Source of the DNA: Shigella phage Sf20 | Sequence record: MF327006 | Direction: 5' to 3' (one strand) | DNA: 64,000 nucleotides | Shown: positions 59,377 through 64,000 of the stretch, one piece after another | How positions within the stretch are numbered: position 1 is the stretch's first letter | How the letters are laid out: each line of letters opens with the position of its first letter | Program-made: the position numbers and the translations under genes | Notes under the pieces: model-generated | What the model saw: the letters and a program-made list of their open reading frames with translations, nothing else | What the model was told of the DNA's origin: nothing | The model's database searches: none

Positions 59377-59721
59377 TTATTTTTTCATGAGCTTAATGGC
59401 TTCTTCCATAGCCAGCACATTTCGATAGTTAGGGTATCGTGTTAGATCGTCATACATTCGCTTAAGGGTGGAAACTTCCTCAAACTCTGGGTTTTCTAGA
59501 TACAGTTGAACAAATTGTTTCTCTACCATCTCTGCTTTTAGCTTGTCTGCTTGTTCCTGTTCATATGATTTCGTTGGACCCAACACCAACAAAATGATAA
59601 AGGTGATCAACGGGCTAATGATCAATGATAGGATAACATAACCGATAACGCTACGGTTTAAACGGCTTGCATACATGCCTACCAGGAAAACAAAAAGGAT
59701 ATAGATAAACAGAAAGAACAT
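59377..59721 (-). CDS. small membrane protein, 114 aa
   Basis: Two N-terminal hydrophobic helices (FFLFIYILFVFLVGMY; YVILSLIISPLITFIILLVL). Confidence 0.55.
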   Translation of the reverse strand: MFFLFIYILFVFLVGMYASRLNRSVIGYVILSLIISPLITFIILLVLGPTKSYEQEQADKLKAEMVEKQFVQLYLENPEFEEVSTLKRMYDDLTRYPNYRNVLAMEEAIKLMKK

Positions 59722-59728
59722 ATAATGG

Positions 59729-60202
59729 TTACTCCTTATTTTCGCGCTCGTACTTTTCGAAATAAAATTCTACTGGCTGGTCATTAATTGACAGCAATCC
59801 AAAGCGTTTAGCCGCTCGCAATCCCATATTGCGCTGAATGTACTTCTGGAAGTTCTCGCGTATACACTTACGCCAGTATTCTAAGCCCATACAGCTTTTA
59901 TAAAGATTGCATTGCACACACGCCGGATTCATGTTATCAAGTATATCATGTTCCGGTTTATGCATTCCTACAACCTTATACTTCCACGATCCATCATCAT
60001 TACGGGCAATTCGTCCATTTTCATCATAGACTACCTTTGAGCGTCGCAATACTGGTTTGATGTGGTCTGCGTGCCAGCGATCCCCTAGTTCCTCGCCACA
60101 ATAGGCACAACGTCCACCATATTTCATTTTCAGGATCTGTCGTTGCTCTTTCTTTGACAATTTTTTAGGTTTAGGGGCTTTCGCCCCTTCATTATCACAC
60201 AT
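59729..60202 (-). CDS. HNH endonuclease, 157 aa
   Basis: HNH signature CAYCG ... HADHIKP ... N ... CVQCN; RBS AAGAGGT. Confidence 0.65.
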   Translation of the reverse strand: MCDNEGAKAPKPKKLSKKEQRQILKMKYGGRCAYCGEELGDRWHADHIKPVLRRSKVVYDENGRIARNDDGSWKYKVVGMHKPEHDILDNMNPACVQCNLYKSCMGLEYWRKCIRENFQKYIQRNMGLRAAKRFGLLSINDQPVEFYFEKYERENKE

Positions 60203-61691
60203 CGAATACCTCTTTTACTGTATTTGCAGTGGTCTTGTCGTAGCGAATACGTTTGATGATTGGGAGAAATAAAGAGAACTCCGGTTCATCTTCTTTACGT
60301 GATTTGCTGCGAATGTACCCGTTGCATGTCATCTCAATGACTTTTCCAATCAGGTTATGACGGTCAGCCCATAACATTTCTCGGTCGAGTTCATTTCGAC
60401 GATCGAACGGAATTACACGTTCAGTACCATCATCACCTTTTTCGGTTGTAGTGTCGGTTAATCCCGATCCGGTGTTAGTCATCATTCGTCCGCACGCACT
60501 ACGGACAGTAAAACCGCCTACCTTATTGGGGTCTTTACTATGCGGATATACATCAACAATTTCCGCGTCGAAGTCAATCACTTCTTTAAATTTAACCTGA
60601 TCTTTACTACGGCGATCTTCAAATACACCATGTAAATTTTTAAGGATAATACCTTCTAAGCCCATGTTTACATAGCGATGATATACTTCGCGAGCTTCAT
60701 CTATATTGTTAACTACAGTGTTTTCGATTATCTGAACACGAGGATCGTTAAGTTCTTCAACAATCTGTTTTAGTTCTTCGAATCGATCTTTATATTGCTT
60801 CGTTGCTTTCTCGTTTCCGTAATACACATCACGGTCGATAACATCCCAGACAGTGTAAACAATACATTGGGCTTCTTCTTTTGGAATAGTTCCTTTCAGT
60901 GATTTGTTGAGGATACCATTTCCGGTCTGACGATCTGCAACAACGGATTCTTTTACTGCTTCCGCTACTGGCGTTAATGGCATTTCCTCTTCTTCAAATA
61001 TCCATGACAGAGTACCATCATAAACGCTTTCAACGAAGTTCTGCGCTGGTGTTTGCGAAAGGGTAGGCATATATACCAATTCCCCATCTAGAACAATTCC
61101 ACGGCCTCGTAGACGCTCTAGAACAGCAAACAAATCATCAAGTCCCTGATAGGTATTACCTGAACGGGTATAGATTGCTAATGTTTCCCCGTCAATATCA
61201 GCCATCCCACGAGCGCCATCGCTTTTAAGTTGTGCATACGCCGGATACTTGATATTAGCAATAGTCTTATCAGAACATGACGATGCAAGGTGGCACGGTT
61301 GCTGAGGGATCAGTTTCTTCCATACCTTGTTTGCAGTGGTAGCGGAACAACCACATTCCAGATCACGATTCAGGACCATCATTGCAACTTTAGCATCATC
61401 CTCTGACAAGCAAGTCAGAGTATCGGTAACTAGCTGTAATGCTGCATTACCAGTTACTTGACGCGTGGCAAGTTTATTTTTAAAGACCTGTAATGCACCG
61501 GATAAAGACAATACAGACGAATAGCGAGATGGTTTATCGTATTTCTTTACGCCAAACGTAACCTGTTTGCAATATGCCAGATAAAAGCATTCTTTCAGCG
61601 TTTCATTGCTTGCTGATTCTTTCAGAATCTTTTCTTTCAGCGATGTTTTGTCTGTTGCTGCAAGCTGATTAATGATATTAAGAATTGACAT
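60195..61691 (-). CDS. 30: ATP-dependent DNA ligase gp30, 498 aa
   Basis: Adenylation motif KSDGAR; N-terminus SILNIINQLA resembles remembered T4 ligase N-terminus; ORF-track GTG extension trimmed. Confidence 0.9.
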   Translation of the reverse strand: MSILNIINQLAATDKTSLKEKILKESASNETLKECFYLAYCKQVTFGVKKYDKPSRYSSVLSLSGALQVFKNKLATRQVTGNAALQLVTDTLTCLSEDDAKVAMMVLNRDLECGCSATTANKVWKKLIPQQPCHLASSCSDKTIANIKYPAYAQLKSDGARGMADIDGETLAIYTRSGNTYQGLDDLFAVLERLRGRGIVLDGELVYMPTLSQTPAQNFVESVYDGTLSWIFEEEEMPLTPVAEAVKESVVADRQTGNGILNKSLKGTIPKEEAQCIVYTVWDVIDRDVYYGNEKATKQYKDRFEELKQIVEELNDPRVQIIENTVVNNIDEAREVYHRYVNMGLEGIILKNLHGVFEDRRSKDQVKFKEVIDFDAEIVDVYPHSKDPNKVGGFTVRSACGRMMTNTGSGLTDTTTEKGDDGTERVIPFDRRNELDREMLWADRHNLIGKVIEMTCNGYIRSKSRKEDEPEFSLFLPIIKRIRYDKTTANTVKEVFDV

Positions 61692-62157
61692 TTTCACCTC
61701 GTTTTGTTAAACGTTCACGAATATCATTGAGGATACTACAAAATTCCGATTCAGTCAATATAGTCTTTAACGGATCAGTTCCACCTATACTATGACGTAA
61801 TTTCTTATTTCCGGTAGAGAGTAATGCTTTACAAAATTCTGGGTTATTCCGTGCCATCGTAACAAATGCCAGATGTACCAGTCTGTAATAATGCTCACTC
61901 ATTCGATGAATAGGGCGACCCTGAAAATATAACATGTGATTCTCAATCTTTTCAGTTCTTCCGGTTCTTTTTGCTTTGCCACCGTGCATCAAAAAGATTT
62001 CTCTTTGTCTCTGAGGGTTCTTAAATCTTAGCCCCTGTAAAAATCCTTCTGTGCTGTTAATATCGCAACCAAATAGACGGAATGGTCTTTTATTGAAATT
62101 ACTCAATTCACCCGATGGATAAGGTCCACCCGCATAGATATCAATTTCAGAAGTCAT
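61678..62157 (-). CDS. NADAR (YbiA-like) domain protein, 159 aa
   Basis: IDIYAGGPYPSGELSNF ... STEGFLQGLRF ... LLSTGNKKL resemble NADAR/YbiA conserved segments. Confidence 0.55.
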   Translation of the reverse strand: MTSEIDIYAGGPYPSGELSNFNKRPFRLFGCDINSTEGFLQGLRFKNPQRQREIFLMHGGKAKRTGRTEKIENHMLYFQGRPIHRMSEHYYRLVHLAFVTMARNNPEFCKALLSTGNKKLRHSIGGTDPLKTILTESEFCSILNDIRERLTKRGENVNS

Positions 62158-62311
62158 TGAAACTAATCTCGCTAATCAGAGAGAACGGATCATAATCGTC
62201 ATTAGGAATATCGATAGTAATCGAATGAGGATTTACCCATACACCAAACTGGTCTTCTTCGGTGAATACTTCGGTATGGATTTCGTGGATGTTTACATTC
62301 ATAGTTTTCAT
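62147..62311 (-). CDS. small hypothetical protein, 54 aa
   Basis: ATG 62311 with RBS AAGGA; 3-prime end overlaps NADAR start by 11 nt; below ORF-track size cutoff. Confidence 0.4.
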   Translation of the reverse strand: MKTMNVNIHEIHTEVFTEEDQFGVWVNPHSITIDIPNDDYDPFSLISEISFNDF

Positions 62312-62393
62312 AATAAAATTCCTTAATAATCAATAACTTACAAAATCATATAGCCAAAATATAGGCGGGATTATTTCCCGCCGTTTAAAATCA

Positions 62394-62717
62394 TTAACCG
62401 TAAACTACCACAATATTCTGTTTGTGCGTTACAGTCCATTTCAGGTCGATCTCTTCTTCCTTCTTAACGCCGTTAATAACGTCTGGATGAGGAACTTTAT
62501 TCATCTTGCCATGTGGCAGTAGAACAGTTTTACCCAGCAATTCTTTATCTACCGTCTCGCCAATATCAATAATCTTACCTACCAGCGGAATCTCGCCCAT
62601 AGTGCGCTTTTGCTCAATAATGATTCCCATAGAGCTTTTTACTTCGGTCCCTGCGCTTTCTGCTTTAGCTTCGATAATTACATAATCACCAAGTGCTTTA
62701 GGAGTTTTAACGGTCAT
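62394..62717 (-). CDS. 31: GroES-like head assembly co-chaperonin gp31, 107 aa
   Basis: GDYVIIEAK and KVPHPDV match remembered T4 gp31 (GEYVILVSE, NVPHPFV); RBS AGAGGT. Confidence 0.8.
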   Translation of the reverse strand: MTVKTPKALGDYVIIEAKAESAGTEVKSSMGIIIEQKRTMGEIPLVGKIIDIGETVDKELLGKTVLLPHGKMNKVPHPDVINGVKKEEEIDLKWTVTHKQNIVVVYG

Positions 62718-62758
62718 AATTTTATTACCTCTTCAAATCAATACAGTTTAATGATGAA

Positions 62759-63079
62759 TTATTTATAAATTTCGACGATCTGCGCTGGAGTCAGCCCGTC
62801 TACATTAATCAGACTATCAAGCCCAAAACTACGGAAACCTTCAACTGCAATTTCATATACTGGCAAAGATGTTTCTGATTCTTTACGCGGTTTTTCAACA
62901 TTAGGAACTAACCACTTTTCGTATGTTTCAAACGGCATCAGTGCCGGATCTCGCGTGGCGATCATCTCACGGACAGTACCATCTTTCTTAGTAAACTGCA
63001 AAGAGTGAGTACCGACCGAAAACATTTTCTTTAGTGCTTCACGAAGTGCGATATTATCAACTTGTTCAGTCATTATCAA
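62759..63079 (-). CDS. hypothetical protein, 106 aa
   Basis: ORF between gene 31 and cd, as T4 31.x genes. Confidence 0.5.
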   Translation of the reverse strand: MIMTEQVDNIALREALKKMFSVGTHSLQFTKKDGTVREMIATRDPALMPFETYEKWLVPNVEKPRKESETSLPVYEIAVEGFRSFGLDSLINVDGLTPAQIVEIYK

Positions 63080-63572
63080 TACCCTTCAAATCAGTCAATA
63101 ATGCTTTTGGAATACGCGTGATCGTAATATCTGCATTATTCAGAATATCAGCCCAATCACGCCCACCATTTCGGTCATATGTGTCGCAATAGTATAAATG
63201 TTTAATTCCACTGTTTGCAATTGCTTTAGCGCAATCTGGACACGGTGAAGCAGTACACCACATACTAGCGCCTTCAATCGATACCCCGCTACGGGCAGCA
63301 AACAAAATAGCATTTAATTCAGCGTGGATCTCGTTTTTCTGTGACCATGCACTATGCTCTGGTCGTTTTTCTGGGATCATTTTGCCGTCATCATCCAGCC
63401 AACCGTTTTTATGTGCATGACAGCTACAATTTACTTGCCCTGCTGGAGTTCCGTTAAATCCAGTAGAAATGATTCGCCCGTCTTTTTCGATCAGTGCGCC
63501 TACCTTCCACGAAACACATTTAGAGTTCTTTGCGATCAGATAGGCGATCTGCATGTAAGTTTGTGACAACAT
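63066..63572 (-). CDS. cd: dCMP deaminase, 168 aa
   Basis: Zinc-binding deaminase motifs HAELNAILFAA and SPCPDCAKAI; N-terminus QIAYLIAKNSKCVSWKVGALIEK matches remembered T4 Cd. Confidence 0.9.
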   Translation of the reverse strand: MLSQTYMQIAYLIAKNSKCVSWKVGALIEKDGRIISTGFNGTPAGQVNCSCHAHKNGWLDDDGKMIPEKRPEHSAWSQKNEIHAELNAILFAARSGVSIEGASMWCTASPCPDCAKAIANSGIKHLYYCDTYDRNGGRDWADILNNADITITRIPKALLTDLKGIDND

Positions 63573-63593
63573 AATATAATCCTCACATAGTAA

Positions 63594-63797
63594 TTAACCG
63601 TATACGCGAAAGTATTCTACTGATCCGTCGCTATACTGTTTTACATTGAATGTATTCACACCATGATTATTTCTCATGATGACATATACACTGCGACGTT
63701 CATCGCTAAACGGCATAACTGGCGCTGGTTCAATATCAACACTAAAACCACGTTTAGCAAGTGCTTCGCCTAATTGCTTGAGTTTATCGGTAAACAT
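63594..63797 (-). CDS. hypothetical protein, 67 aa
   Basis: ORF with RBS GGAGAC downstream of cd, as T4 cd.x genes. Confidence 0.45.
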   Translation of the reverse strand: MFTDKLKQLGEALAKRGFSVDIEPAPVMPFSDERRSVYVIMRNNHGVNTFNVKQYSDGSVEYFRVYG

Positions 63798-63799
63798 TA

Positions 63800-64000
<201 letters not shown>

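Noticed and set aside
51600-59400. CRISPR array, considered because of the regularly repeated ~30-70-bp elements
   Set aside because: The repeats are promoter/hairpin cassettes spaced by whole genes (0.2-2 kb), not 25-40-bp repeats with short spacers; no cas genes.

Overview
This window is the late/structural core of a T4-like (Tevenvirinae-type) myovirus genome, read by eye from the sequence with no database searches run. Gene order is collinear with T4 from gene 2 to cd: 2, 4, 53, 5, 5.4, 6-12, wac, 13-24 on the plus strand, then hoc, inh, uvsW, uvsW.1, uvsY, 25, 26, 51, 27, 28, 29, 48, 54, alt, DNA ligase (30), 31 and cd. Seven exact T4-type late promoter cores (TATAAATA) sit upstream of genes 53, 9, 23, 24, uvsW and 51 and a small ORF. 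Departures from the T4 layout are the interesting part. (1) An ~8.9 kb hyperplastic region between alt and DNA ligase (51334-60194) holds about 27 small minus-strand ORFs, punctuated by at least 11 near-identical promoter/stem-loop cassettes (TTGACA, ~17-nt GGGGATC..GATCCCC hairpin spacer, TATAAT, conserved leader and RBS). (2) That region contains a tandem array of six divergent paralogs sharing a Y-x-Y-x-D / HxHW / VLAVDV signature, plus three other duplicated families. (3) A five-gene translationally coupled operon encodes a TRD-less C5-methyltransferase-like protein, a zinc-ribbon protein and a DUF262/ParB-like protein. (4) alt is split by a perfect 74-bp tandem duplication that frameshifts it between the STS and ExE catalytic motifs. 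(5) A second Alt-like ADP-ribosyltransferase paralog and a NADAR/YbiA-like gene lie nearby. (6) A three-gene cassette with its own sigma70-type promoter and terminator, encoding an NPPF amino-methyltransferase, is inserted between baseplate genes 8 and 9. (7) Fibritin carries a ~140-aa extension after its foldon-like motif. No tRNA, CRISPR array or seg-type homing endonuclease was seen. Feature coordinates include the stop codon; promoter and terminator coordinates may be off by a base or two.
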